Source: Hypanus sabinus (Eukaryota). Taken from it: DNA of 64,000 nucleotides. The notes under the pieces were generated by a model. The model did not search any database and was not told the DNA's origin. It saw only the letters and a list, made by a program, of their open reading frames with translations. The stretch covers positions 27,094,001-27,158,000 of the forward strand of contig NC_082722.1 of NCBI RefSeq assembly GCF_030144855.1, given 5' to 3'. Position numbers and translations under genes: made by a program. Position 1 is the stretch's first letter; each line of letters opens with the position of its first letter. Positions 11,649 to 24,451 of this stretch are shown here, piece after piece.

Positions 11649-14600
11649 AATTACAGGGTATTTCAAAATTATATTGACATAGATTCCAAATTATATTAGC
11701 AAGGTGTGCAGAAGCGCTTCATCTACCACGCAGGAACGAACCCGCGAAGATTAGAGGGGACACTGTTACCAAGTGTATACAGACTACATAGATTGGTTTC
11801 CTGATGAACTGAGCTGTGTCAATAACCTTCTTCACTTTTGATGTCTTCGGCAACCTCCCCCTGTCAACATTTTGCGTACTAAAAATAAGATATTCGGCAC
11901 TATTACTTGAATGTAGAAATACAAAGAGTATTTATGAGTGGAAAGGTCGAAGGGAATTCAGATGCAAAGTGACCTGGGTGAACAAAGCCAATGAATGATT
12001 CGCGATGAGAACATTCATTTGCCCATCATTCAGGCAAATCTTCAAGCAGCAAGTGGGCAGAAGGGGTTAAAAGTAGGTGTGTAAACGAGCATGCAGATCA
12101 AGCCTATCAACCATAAGACTATAACACCATAAGATATCGGAGCAGATTCTGGCCATTTTGACTATGGGGTCTGATCCATCATTTCTTGCTGAGACCGTCA
12201 GACAATAAGACCATAAGATACAGGAGCAAAAGCAGACTATTCGGCTTATCGAGTCTCCTCCGCCTTACAATCGTGGGCTGATTCAATGCTTTCATCCACC
12301 TCCCACTCCACTGCCTTTTCCCCATAACCTTTGATGCCCTGGCTAATCAAGAACCTATTTCTGCTTTAAATACATCCAATTACTAAGACTCCACAGCCGC
12401 TCGTCGTAACAAATTACAAAGATATACCACCCTCTGACCACCCTCTAATTTCTCCGCATTTCAGTTCTAAGTGGACATACTTCAATCCTGAAGTCGTGCC
12501 CTATACTAGATTCCCCTAGCAGGAGAAATTACATTTCCGTATCTATTCTGTAACAGTCTTTTAACATTCGGAGTGTTTATATGAGATTTCCCCTCGTTCT
12601 CCTGAACTCCAGGGAACACAACCCAAGACATGTCGGACGTTCCTCTTGCGGTAACCCTTTCATTCCTGGAATCATTTTTGTGAATCTTCTCAGCAGTATC
12701 TCCAAAGTCAGTATATCCCTTCTAAAAAAAAGGAGCCCCAAACTGTACACAATACTCCATCTACTCTCACGAGTGCCTTATAGAGCCACAACATCACATC
12801 CCTGCTTTTATATTCTATACCTCCAGAAATGAATGACAACATTGCGTGCGCCTTCTTCAAAACCGACTCAACCTGGAGTTTAACCTTTAGGGTATCTTGT
12901 GCAAGGACGCCCAGGTCCCTTTGCATGTCTGCATTTTGAAATGTCTCACTATCTAAATACTGGTCTGACTGTTTAATATTTCCCCCAGGGTGCATGACAA
13001 TGCACTTTCCAGCATGGTATTTAATTTTCTCCTTTTATAGCCATTCCCCTATAGTATCTAAGTCTCTTTGCAGGCTTTCAGTTTCCTGAACACTACCCAC
13101 TCCTCCACCTATCTTGGTGTCATCGGCAAATGTAGCCACAAGTCTATTAATGCCATAGTCTATATCATTGACCTGCGGAATAAAAATCAGCTGTCCCAAC
13201 ATGAACCACTGTGGAGCTTCTCTGCTAACCGTCAGCAGGCCAGAATAGGAGCCCTTAATTCTCGCTCTCTTTTTTATGTCAACCAGCTACTGCTAATAAC
13301 TTCCCTGTAATTCCATGGGCTCTTATCTTGCTAAGCAGCCTCATGTGCGTCACCTTGTCAAAGGCCTCTTGAAAATCAAAGTACACCACGTCTGCTGCAT
13401 CTACACTACTTGTAATTTCATCAAATAGTTGCAACAGGCTTGTCAGGCAGGATTTTTCTTTCAGGAAGCCATGCTGGTTTTGGCCTATTTTGTCGTGTGC
13501 CTCCAGGTACTGCGTAATCTCATTCCTAACAATCGATTCCTACAATTTCCCAACCACCGATGTCAGGCTAACAGGTCTATAGCTTCCTTTCCGCTGTCTC
13601 CCTTACTTTTCAACTAGATCATTGTTAATGCCTCCGCTTTCTCTCCAGCTACTTCCGTCAGAACCTGATGGTGCATTCTAACAGGTCCAGAAGTTTTATC
13701 CACGCTCAGAACCTTTAAACTTCTCGAGCACGTCCTCAGTTGTAAATTGCACTGCATAGATTTCATTTCCATGACACTCTTGAATGTCCGGTATTCTGCA
13801 GCCGTCTTCCACTGTGAAGACTGATGTAAAATACGCATGTAGTTCCTCTGCCATCTCTGCCTCTCTCATTACAATATATCCAGCGTTATTTTGTATTGGT
13901 CCCATATCTACCCTCGACTCTCGTTTACCCTTTACATACTTAAAAGAGCTTTTAGTATCTTCTTTTATATTAGTCACTAACTCTTTTAATAATACATCTC
14001 CTCCTTTCTAATGACCTTCTTAGTTTCCTTCTGCATTTTTTCAAAAGCTTTCTAATCCTCTATCTTCCCACTAGCTCTGGTGTCCACAAATGCCCTCCCT
14101 TTCGCCTTTACTTTGGCTCTGGCTTCACTTGTCAGCCACTGTAGTGTCCATCATACTTTTGAAAATGTCTTCTGATTTGGAATATATCCTTCATATATTT
14201 TTGTTGCAGGAACTCCAGCCATTTCTGCTCTGCTCCCCTTCCTGCAAATCATCCTTTCCAGTCAACATCGACCAATTCCACTCTCAAGCCATTGAAATTC
14301 TCTTTCTTCCACTGAGATACTGATATATTAGATTTTAATTTTTCTCTCTCAAATTTCAATACGAACTCGATGATGCTGTTATTTCTGTTCCCTAATGGTT
14401 CCTTAACATTAAGCTCTCTTATCACCTCGAGATCACTGCACAACACCCAATTTGGCACAGCCTGTCTCCTTGTGGGCTCAAAAGCAAGCTGTGCTAAAAA
14501 GCCATTCCTTGAACATTCTGCAAATTCTCTCTCGAGGTCCAGTACTGATCGGGCTTTTCCAATACAATTCAATGTTAAAATCCCCAACGATTATCATGGT

Positions 14601-17050
14601 ATTGCATTTCTGACACGCCTTTTCTATCTCCTGCTGTAATTTGGAATCAAGTTCCCGGCTGCTGCTTGGAGGGCTGTATACAACTGCAATTAGGGTCCAT
14701 TTACTTTTGCCATTTATAAAACTGAACCCATAGAGCCTCCTATGTCATAGAGCCTTCAATTCCTATGTCATCTCTTTATAATGATGTAATATGATTTCTT
14801 ATACACAGAACCACACTACCCCTCTTCCTACTAACCAATCTTTCCGATACACCGTATAATCTAGGACGTGGTGATCCCAATGGCAACCATTGTTCAGCCA
14901 AGTTTCAGCGATGGACACAACGTCGTATTTGCCAAACTGTAGCTGAATGTCAATATCGTCCACTTTATACTTTATATTGGGTGCATTGAAACATAACACT
15001 TTCAGTCCAGTATTTGTTATATTATGACTGAACAATAACACTCCTGTACTGCCATGTAACTCATGCCAGTGGCTGCGATTAAGCCTCGTTTTCTGCCTGT
15101 TCTTGTGATAATCTCTATTTTCACTCTAATTTATTTCTGTTCTCTCCTTCCTTGACCTTATCACTCCGGCTCCCAACCCACTGTCAAATTAGTTTAAATG
15201 CACCCTAACAGCTCTATTAAATGTGCCCACCGAGATATTCGATCCCGTTGGGTTCATGTGTGATCCGTCCTTTTTGTACAGGTCGTACCTCCCCGAGAAG
15301 AAGCTCCAATGAACAAGGAATCTGAAACCCTGCCCCGTACACCAGTCTGTCAGCCATACATTAACACGGCTCATCATGCTATTTTTGCACTCGCTGGCAG
15401 TGGCACAGGCAGCAACACACCTTGCAGGTGCCTCTATCAGTCGGACAGAACCTCCTGTTTGTTTCCCTCACAATGGAATACCCTTTGATTATTGCATTCC
15501 TCATCTTCCTCTTTCCCTTCTGTACCACGGAACCAGGCACAGTGCCACTGACCCAATCGCCGTGGTGGTCCTCTGTCAGGTCATACCACTCAACTGCTTC
15601 TAAAAACACGAGAACTATTGCTGAGGGACATGACCGCAGGGGTGCTCTGTCCTATCTGAACTCTCCCACTGGCTTCGCTGACCATCCCCGACTAATCTAA
15701 CTCATTTAGCCTCGGTGTGACTAGCTACTTATAGTTCCTCTGTAACTCCTATTCACTCTCACCAATAAGCTGTAGATCATCGAGCCGTAGCTTTACATCC
15801 CTAACACTGTCTGTCAGGAGCTGCATCTCGGTGCATATGTTGTAGATGTGGCCTTCTGGGAGAATGGAAGATTCCCGGGATTCTCATATCTGACAATCAG
15901 AGCAAAGTACTAACCCTACCAACATGCGCTCTATTCCTTAAAAACTGCAAAGAAAAATCGAAAACGAAGTCCACCTACCCACTGACCTCGCTGAAGCCTC
16001 AATGAGCCAAAACCTGTCCCTTCTACTCTCGCCAGTGGCCTCCTCCCGATAATGGCCGCTCCGCTTAACCATTCTGTACTTTTATTTAGTTCGCCGAGTA
16101 CAGTTGCCGCCGCTGATAGGTTCCGCACAATGGACTAACGCCCGCGAAGCTCTTGATTTAAATAACTGAGATATCAGTACCGTCTTTAAGCAGGAATTTG
16201 TTACCGGAGCGTTGAAAAGTGGCTAATGGGCTTTAATTTAAAAAGGTCCGCAAGTACTGGTGGCAAGCCAAATATCGGTTCTAGGAAAGATACTGGAATG
16301 AAGGACAGAATCGATAGAATTTGAAAAGTCAAAGGATATAAAAGTGATAGTAAGCATGGATTTCTCAAGGAGTATCGTCTCTCACAAAATTGATTCAGAT
16401 GTCTTATAGAGGCTGTGCAGAAAATTGCTGAGGGAATGACAGTAAACTATATCTTAATTGAATTTTGCACGATCATGTACAACAGTCTAGTATAGAATGC
16501 CGGGTTACACGGGAGCCAGAGTGAGCCAGCCAACTGAACACAAAACTGGATTCCTAGATGAATCAGATGGTGATAGTGGAGATGTTATAACAAGAGGAAA
16601 GGCAAGCAAGTAGTGACGTACTGAAGAGGTAGGTCCTCGTTACAGTATTGTTTGACATTTCTAAAATATTTAGTTGATAGTATTTTTCAGATGTTAATAC
16701 AATTCATGATGCAGTGAAATTAGTGATATACCAGAAAGTGAAAATTAACTAAGACGAGGAAATGGGAAAGTGGGCCAAGCAATCGCATATAGAGTATAAC
16801 TGTTACATTTGCAAAGTGTTGTATTTTGGTTAGTTAACATGGGGCAGGAATTCCGCAACGGAATGTCCTGCGCGTGGAAGTAGAACACGGAGACTGAGAG
16901 ATACAGGCACGTTGATCTGTAAAATTGTCAACAGAGGTGGACAGGCTGGTAAAGAAGCTGTTTGTAACAACTAAATTAACAGGTCGGAATCCGAATCGTG
17001 TTTATATAATCGTGTTTATATCACGATGTGTCGTGATGTTAGTGAAATTA
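11649..17050 (+). repeat. Segmental duplication block B'' (paralog of 38502-53470)
   Basis: Shared flank anchors (ccaagtgtatacag...ggtttcctga.gaactgagctgt; ggaaaggtcga.ggg...gtgacctgggtgaac; gatatcagtaccgtctttaagcagga) on both sides of a shared minus-strand CR1. Confidence 0.8.
12105..16140 (-). mobile_element. Decayed near full-length CR1 LINE
   Basis: 3' tail (cttatggt repeats) at about 12110; RT/C-terminal fragments (DLGVLAQDTLKV; FKYVKGKRES); APE (DVVSIAETWL); SGNH-type ORF1 (HWSFFSGRYDLYKKDG); ORF1 N-terminus near 15900. Confidence 0.85.
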
Positions 17051-18240
17051 GCAGCGGCAGGTCAATGTAATAGATAATGCAGATAACGAAAAATAAATAA
17101 ATACAATAAGTAGATATATTAATCTATTAGAGTATAAGTATATTAGATAGATTAAAAATGTGCAAAAACAATAATAACAGGTATATAACAAGTGTTTGTA
17201 TTCCCGGGTTCAATGTCCATTTCGGAATCCGATCGCAGAGGGAAAGAAGCTGTTCCTGAATTGCTGAGTGTGTGCCTTCAGGATTCTGTACCTGATGGCA
17301 ACAGTGAGAAAAGAGCATGCAATGGCTTTTGCTGGTCTTTAATTATGGACGCCGCCTTTCTGAGTCACCGTTCCTTGAAAATGTGCTGTGTACTTTGTAG
17401 GCTTATACCCAGGATGGAGCCTAACTGTATTTACGACACTCTGCAGCTACTTTCGGTTCCGTGCAGTATCCCACCACTCCGCCACCCCCATAACAGACAG
17501 TGACGCAATTTGTCAGAATGACCTCCACAGTACACTTACAGAAGTTTTTGTGTGTATTTGTGAACATACCACATCTCTTCAAACACTAATGAAGTATAGT
17601 CGCTGCTTTGCCTTCTTTATAGCTGCATCGATATATTGGGTCTAGGTTAGATCTTCAGAGAGCTTTACACCCAGGATCTTGAAACTGATCATTCTCTCCG
17701 TTTCTGATCCCTCTATGAGGATTGGTGTTTATTCCTTTGTCTTACTCTACCTGAAGTTCACAAGCATCTCCTTCGTCTTACTGATGTTCATTACAAGTCA
17801 TGGCAATGAGTACAAGATCTGGGACGTTATGTTCAACTGTACAAATCGTTGCTAAAACAGTGTATTGTGCGTTCGTTGTTGAAAAGTCAGCTGTGCATTC
17901 TGATCGCCAACAAAAGAAGAGATGAGATGAAGCTTGAAATAGTGCAGAAAAGATTGAGAAGTCTGTTAGAAGGACAGCGTGATTTTAACTGTAGGAAGAG
18001 ACTGGGTCTATTCATCCCGAGAGCACAGGTGGTTGCGTTGTGAACACATATATTTAATATCAGCTAGTGCGTAGGCAGGGGTATGATAAGTCTTTTATGC
18101 AGAATCGGTTAACTGAAAATGAGAATACATAGATTCCAGGCGAGAGAGAAATTATTTAAAAGATTCCAGGGAACGTTTTTCAACAAAAGAGGTTTTTTTT
18201 TAAGTGGAACAGAGTACCACATGAACCTATAGAACTGGGT
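16290..18240 (+). mobile_element. Old, highly decayed CR1 RT fragment interrupted by a Rex1-like insert
   Basis: Aligns by eye with 31950-33500, 52680-53370 and 59270-60300; residual CR1 RT/C-terminal motifs. Confidence 0.55.
16990..17770 (-). mobile_element. Rex1/Babar-like LINE 3' fragment
   Basis: Minus strand has gaaggcacacactcagcaattcaggaacagcttcttcc and the family 3' tail. Confidence 0.7.
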
Positions 18241-18842
18241 ACGATTCCAATGTGCAAAGTACATTTAGATTACTAAATAGGTAGAATAAGTTTATTGGGG
18301 TGAGATCCAAACGCAGCCAAATGGGGCGATCTGGGTTTTCAATCGTCCAATAGTTCAATAGTACCAAATTAATATCAGGGAATGCATACAATATACAACA
18401 TGAAATTACTGGCCTTCGCAGACATCCAGGAAAACAGAAGAGCACTCCAAACAATGAATGACGGCAGAAACGTTAGAATTGGGGTTAGGAATGTTAGAAT
18501 ACGTTAGAGGGCTTTGGGAAGCCTTCTGCTCCCACTTCCATGCACAAGCACCACATTCCCCCCACTTTTGCCCCAACATAGTAAGCAAACAGGAGCTAAA
18601 ACCCCAAGAGACCATGATTTGAAATACAGAAAAAAACTAATCACCCTGCCAACGAATTCTGCATGTCACATCTCCCTCTCTCCCGAATTTAAGGGACACA
18701 TAGCGAGAGAGGGGAACAAGAAAGCAAGGAACTCGTTGAGTTCGGGCTTTCATGTCTGCTGCATCACTCGTTTTCGAATCCTCTGACTTGATAATCGGCA
18801 GTAATCTCCCCCCAGCAAAGCAATGAGAGAAACAGTATGTTT

Positions 18843-18847
18843 GCGTA

Positions 18848-18903
<56 letters not shown>

Positions 18904-18920
18904 ACAGAGAGATAGAGTGA
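18843..18920. repeat. (GT)n microsatellite with GA tail
   Basis: About 25 perfect GT units. Confidence 0.98.
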
Positions 18921-20904
18921 GTTTAGAATTGCAAGGTATGTTCTCCGACTAGAAGGAAATGATGGGAATCACATTCGAGGAGAAAATGAAGTACAGATAC
19001 TTTATCAGTTTCAAATACATTTTACAAATATTGACCAGATTGTTTTTAATTCACCTGATGCTTGTTAATTGAAATTAGTACTGAAAAATAAATCCATTTA
19101 GCTCTTTGAAAGTACGAATAACAAAGAAAAACATTATATTTAGCTGCTGTGATTAAAGATTTGGGAAGCTTCAAATTTTGCCAAAAATAATAAAGAATCG
19201 CCCGTTTAAATCGATTTCGATTTGACATTTGGAGTTAACACTTGAGAGTATTAACTAATGTTCTCAAGATTCGCATCAGACTATTGAAGTAAGCCCATTA
19301 ATTATGTAATGTTATTCATGTGCATGGTTTTCTAACATAAAATCTTTCCCCAGTCATTAGGATCGTTGACATAGTTAAAAAAGAGGTATTTCTTTACGAA
19401 CATCTTGCAATTACTGCGAATTCCACGATACTTTCGGTTATAACCTAAAAGGTTCTCGGGAGAATCAAGGGTGAGAACAAAGTTAAAGCCATAGGTTTAT
19501 AAACTTCCATCGGGTCACCAATCAGAAATCTCTGTTCTGTTTCTCTCTCGATGAAAATTCATTCAGAGGAGTGTTGTTACGAGAACCCGTAGCGAATATT
19601 AGAACATCGTCCGATTTATATTTCCCTCAGGTGAACGTTGATATAATTGTGCAAGAATAGATGTTTAATTCGCCGGTTTTCCATGTCAAAAAATATTCTC
19701 GCGAATGGTGGCAACCCTCTGGATTTATTTTTTCATCCTGTAAAGTCTGTGGGGCAAAACTGTTGGGAAACGTTTAAGGGGAATTACGTTTTTTTTTCAT
19801 GGAATCATCAGGTCTATGCAGCGGACCGGAAAGGGAGACTACGACTGAGCATATCAGACATTACCACCTTGAATGGCCGGGCAGTAGACTGGGCCGGAAT
19901 GGCTTATTGCTGTTCTTTTCTTAATTTTCTTTCTTTACTTTTATTTTATGACAATTGCCTTTAATGAATCGGAAAAATGTCGAAGACCAGAATGATCATT
20001 TATCTTCCCAATTGTTACATGTGACGTGGATCATCAACCTTTGATTGATGCAAGAATCGAAACGTAGCGATACTTTGGCCAACACTCATTGATACTATAT
20101 GGCTATGAACTGCAAAATGGATTCTCAGCTTCACAGCTTCTTTGATGTGTTCACGTCTGCGTACAATGAATGTTTGCTTTGATGTTTGGATGCCTGTGCG
20201 TAATTCGAATCAGAAATCTGCAAAGCGGCATAAGTCAATTTGTCGGCTCCATTTCTTTTAGTCTGTGAAAGTAATCCAAAATCAGTGGTTAGTCGAGCAT
20301 TTAGTGACAAATTGAATCACACGATTGTAAAATAAATTAGAGATGCCCTCATAAGTAATGAACTTCAGTTGTTTACGCTTTATAGACAATTATTTCAACG
20401 CTGTTTCAAGATTTCCTTTAATTATTTATATATTAGCGTTTCTTCCCATACTTAAAAGGAACTTTAACAAAATAAAGTTACGAGAATAGAGAAATCCTTG
20501 AAGTAGCAGTTTGGTACATAATAATAGGCTAAATTATAATACAATCGTTTTTTTCTGTCATCTGTGACTGATTGCCGCATCCTGTTTCGCTTATGGAGCT
20601 CACAGGTGTTTGCTCAGCCACACCTGCCAACACAGTTCCAAATACACATGGACATTGTTGTCAGTGGACAGCTCATAACTGATAGAATGAACGTTGGCAT
20701 TTTGTTCAGTCAGGCTCTCTGATTACAGTTTTGTCACAATTCGGTATTTCCGGTAGTTAATTTCTTCTCGGTTATTATCGGTCACACTTGTTATTTATGG
20801 AGCTTACAGTGGGCGTTGAGAAGGATTGCATTCCTAGTTTTGTGCCTTTTTTGCCTTTCCTCACGTGGAAATTACATGTGAAATTAAATTCGGAAAAGCA
20901 AGGA

Positions 20905-21390
20905 AAAATAATCTCCAGAGATTCTACAGATGCTGGAAATCTTGAAGAATGCAAACAAAATACTGAAGGAATTCATTAGGTAAGGCAACATGCAAGAAGG
21001 TAAATAAACCGTCGATTCTTTCTCTCAGAGACGCTTTATCGGGACCGGAAATGAGGGAATAGAGTCCAGAATATAAAGGTGTGTAGGGGTGGGGGAAAAT
21101 CAGCTGGTGATGTGAATGTATGTGGATGACTGGGGTGGGAATGACGTAAGAAGCTGGGAAGTGTCGGGTGGAAAAGGTAGGAGGTGTATGAAGGATTCGG
21201 AGACGGGAGGACTGTGGACACTGCAAAATGGAAGAAGGAGGAGCACATGGGTGGAGGGCAGCCTGATGGGCAGATGACAGGAAGAGACAAGGGGAAACGG
21301 AGAATGGAATGATGGAGAAATTCCCAAAAGTTAGAGAGATCCGCATTTATGACTTCAGGTTGGAGTCTCCACAGATGGAACAAAATGTGC
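20905..21390 (-). mobile_element. Penelope-like 3' fragment
   Basis: Same 3' end as 8825-9490 (ttctacagatgctggaaat; caggttggagtctcc). Confidence 0.7.
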
Positions 21391-21549
21391 TTGTACCAGA
21401 AAGTTAAGTTGTTTCACAGAAATGCGATTAGCTATGAATCACATTATATTTCGTTACAGTGTCAATGGTGTCCTCAAATTTGTAAAATTAACATCCTCTT
21501 GGATGATGGTTAAATAAATATAAAATATATAAATATAAATATAAATATA

Positions 21550-21670
21550 AAACCTCTGGGTACTCCGGTTTCCTCCAATGACTTACAGTTTAGGATGTTA
21601 ATTGTTCACGTGGGTGTGACTGAGCACGGGCTAGTTGTACTGGAAGGGCCGGTTACCGTTCTCTAAAGAA
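21550..21670 (+). mobile_element. V-SINE-like fragment, preceded by an (ATATAA)n tract
   Basis: gggtactccggtttcctcc core, typical of fish V-SINE bodies. Confidence 0.55.
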
Positions 21671-23422
21671 AATCTATATCACATTCACGCTAATCTCTCT
21701 GATTTACCTGTGAATAGATAACGCTCTCTTCCTGTTTATCTTTGCGAAACGGTTTGCTCTCTCTATGGTTTAGTGAAGCATAGGCAGTGGTGTGCTCAAC
21801 CGGTGCTTGTTCAGCCTGTTAGAAATATATATTAAATACAGCTAACTGATACAGAGCTCAGTTATCATAAACTAAATTAGATTTGCAAAATCTAAACACT
21901 GAGGATAAAAAAATGTTGGAATAACATTTTGTCTGCGAACAATGATACCGTCTATGCATCATACCGGAGGTGGGATCGCGACCGTTTCCAGCTGGAAGTA
22001 GCTATGTTTAGACTTTCAAATCAACACTTATAACAGTCCTAGCAATAGGATGGGATTCTCAGTTTTGGCCATCTCTGTCTTTTCATCTCCCAAATTCTAT
22101 CTCTTACATCTCTCTAAATTCTGTGCATGGGCACAGGTCCATGTTCTATCTTTTACGCATGAGTCGAATTATGGTAATGATTGCCCTGAACAAAATTCGT
22201 CCCTGTGATGCAAACTTAAGCTGTGACCCTTACCTCTCACATTACTTAAGTTGAGAAAACTGGAGCAAATGGCAAGTCCCGATGCTACGTCTCGCTTAAC
22301 TCTAGCCGGAAACAGTGAAGCGGCACCCTGGGCCTCTGTTGATTGGTTTTGTTGGTAAATTACTTAAATTACGATTGAAGTACGGAGAACCAATCAAGGT
22401 AGTTGTTACAGTAAGTGATAAAAATTGCATTTGTTTTGCTGAAATAATGGCATAGCATTCCAGAGTAATGAAGTAATAGCAAAAGTTTGTCATCTTCGAC
22501 TTAGATATTATTCGAAGCAGTAGTCCTACATTTCCGGAAGTGTTACGAACACTTGTAGAAGTTTTATCGGAATTCTACCATAATGAAATCAGTGATGGAT
22601 GTATGACTACCTTATCTTAGTTGCTGCAGTCGCTCCATTTGCGCCTAAAGTCGTTAGGTGAAATTAAATCTAAATGCGTTAAAATGGGGTATGTGGTTAA
22701 TGAAACGAGAAGAGAAAGGTTATCATTAGAAAGAATCCAGGTTAAAAAAATAATATAATTGAAGTGCTGGAAAAATGAAGTAAAACAGGGAAACAGAACA
22801 CACAAAAATGTTAGTTGATCAGGAACCACCTGTTAAAGGGAAATAGTCAATGTTCACACTGCAATCTGCGGAAGGGTCTTTAATCTGGAATGTTAACTGA
22901 TTCTCTTTCCAAAATCGGTCGGTAGCTGCATATTATTTTCTGGTTTGAATCCAAATGGGAAACGACGATACTTTTATCCGTTTTAGGCTTTGCTTCCCAC
23001 ATTGAGGATAATACTCATTCAGCGTTGCATCCTGGACTAGAAGGGGCCATGTTGAGTTTTGTTTAACAAATTGCTATCATTGTTCATCACATACTACAAG
23101 GTTTTATTGCAAGTATATTCGATTCCATTGCAGGTTAGGCACCGCTGTGTGGATCTTTCTTGCGGATCGGGGTTAAAACTGCATTTAATATTGCAAAGAC
23201 CATTTCAACAAAACAAGATTTAGTTACATTTTTACCTTGCTTACTGTCCGTTAGATCACATGTAACACACATTACCAATTGATTCGTGCAGGTCCTGTAC
23301 TTTCGCAATGTCCAGTCAACTGCGATTCTCGTAATTCAGCATTTAGTACTTTCTTACAGTCTCAGTTGCGTGTTGAAATATTCGTCAAAACAACTGAGCT
23401 TCAAATGGTAAATATTACCGTT

Positions 23423-23460
23423 TTACTTCCAATTCAACCGGCTATGAACCGGTGTGGAAA
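23423..23460 (-). CDS. VJ-C1 IgSF receptor gene, putative last coding exon (VSTPVHSRLNWK-stop)
   Basis: Strong acceptor gcttcctgtatcctttcaag|; phase-1 frame ends in TAA. Total CDS is 846 nt (281 aa). Not transcript-verified. Confidence 0.55.
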
Positions 23461-23652
23461 CTTGAAAGGATACAGGAAGCAGGTGCAACGGGAACATTCA
23501 ACTAAATTTTGGATATATAGTTGAAAATGAATATTTGAAGGGGAAAATAGTTTAATTTCCCTACTACGCTCCAAAATGTTATAGAATAATATAGATTCAT
23601 GATATCTTTGTCCTGCAATTATTCCACTCTGAAACAAGACCAATTGCTTTAC

Positions 23653-23700
23653 CTACCGGGTCTTCATTCTGACATCCGTCCAAAGAATTTGTGTTACCCC
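23653..23700 (-). CDS. VJ-C1 IgSF receptor gene, exon 5 (cytoplasmic, GGNTNSLDGCQNEDPV)
   Basis: Acceptor gatttcttttctgaag|, donor GTAG|GTAAAG, 48 bp, symmetric phase 1-1, open frame. Confidence 0.65.
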   Translation of the reverse strand, partial: GVTQILWTDVRMKTR

Positions 23701-24346
23701 CTTCAGAAAAGAAATCAAATGGAAATGATTTTCATTGTAAACATTGTACATTATTAATTTGATACCAATCGAAATAATCGTCTAAGTAGAACCGCTGAAG
23801 TTACGAATCTTTCAGAAAGTATTTGTTTGTAACAGTCGTGCTAAAATATTGAGTTCTGCATTAACCTGTTGCTATTCTCAAAAGGCTTTGACTTTCAACG
23901 AGGCTGTAAAGTGATAATAGCAGAACAGCGGCGGTATTGTATTTAAGTATGACAATCAAGATGGAAATTAAAACCAATGAGACGTACATAAGTTGTTCAA
24001 TGTTATTTGCACAGTCAGAGTGAGTTTAGATCTACGCCAAGTTACTTACGTTTCAAAATAAGGATCTGCTATTGTATTAAAAAACTAGACACTTGAAGTA
24101 CTCCAAAGTTTTGTAGCAGCATTCGGAAATGAGATATAAAATACGTCCAGTAGACTGGTGAAATAGTTGAACTTTAACATCAACTGCATATTTTGCCAAA
24201 ATATTATCACTGAAATCCATCTTCGAAAATCGTGATCCATGCCCAATCATTCTGTGAATGTCGTTTGCTGATTTTAATTTAAATGTCATTAACGCTTCTA
24301 TTTTGTACGAACAGAGGTGATGTTTCTCAGCGATCAGTGTTCTTAC

Positions 24347-24451
24347 CTTGCGATGTCTTTAACTTGAGTATCAGCAAAACAATTATCACTATTAAAGTTA
24401 AAATTGCTGATGCCTCCACTGCACATGCGAGAATCAATATCGTATCGGCGC
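24347..24451 (-). CDS. VJ-C1 IgSF receptor gene, exon 4 (transmembrane)
   Basis: Acceptor tttctttttcaag|, donor CAAG|GTAAGA, 105 bp, phase 1-1. Encodes GADTILILACAVEASAILTLIVIIVLLILKLKTSQ, a hydrophobic span followed by a basic stop-transfer. Confidence 0.88.
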
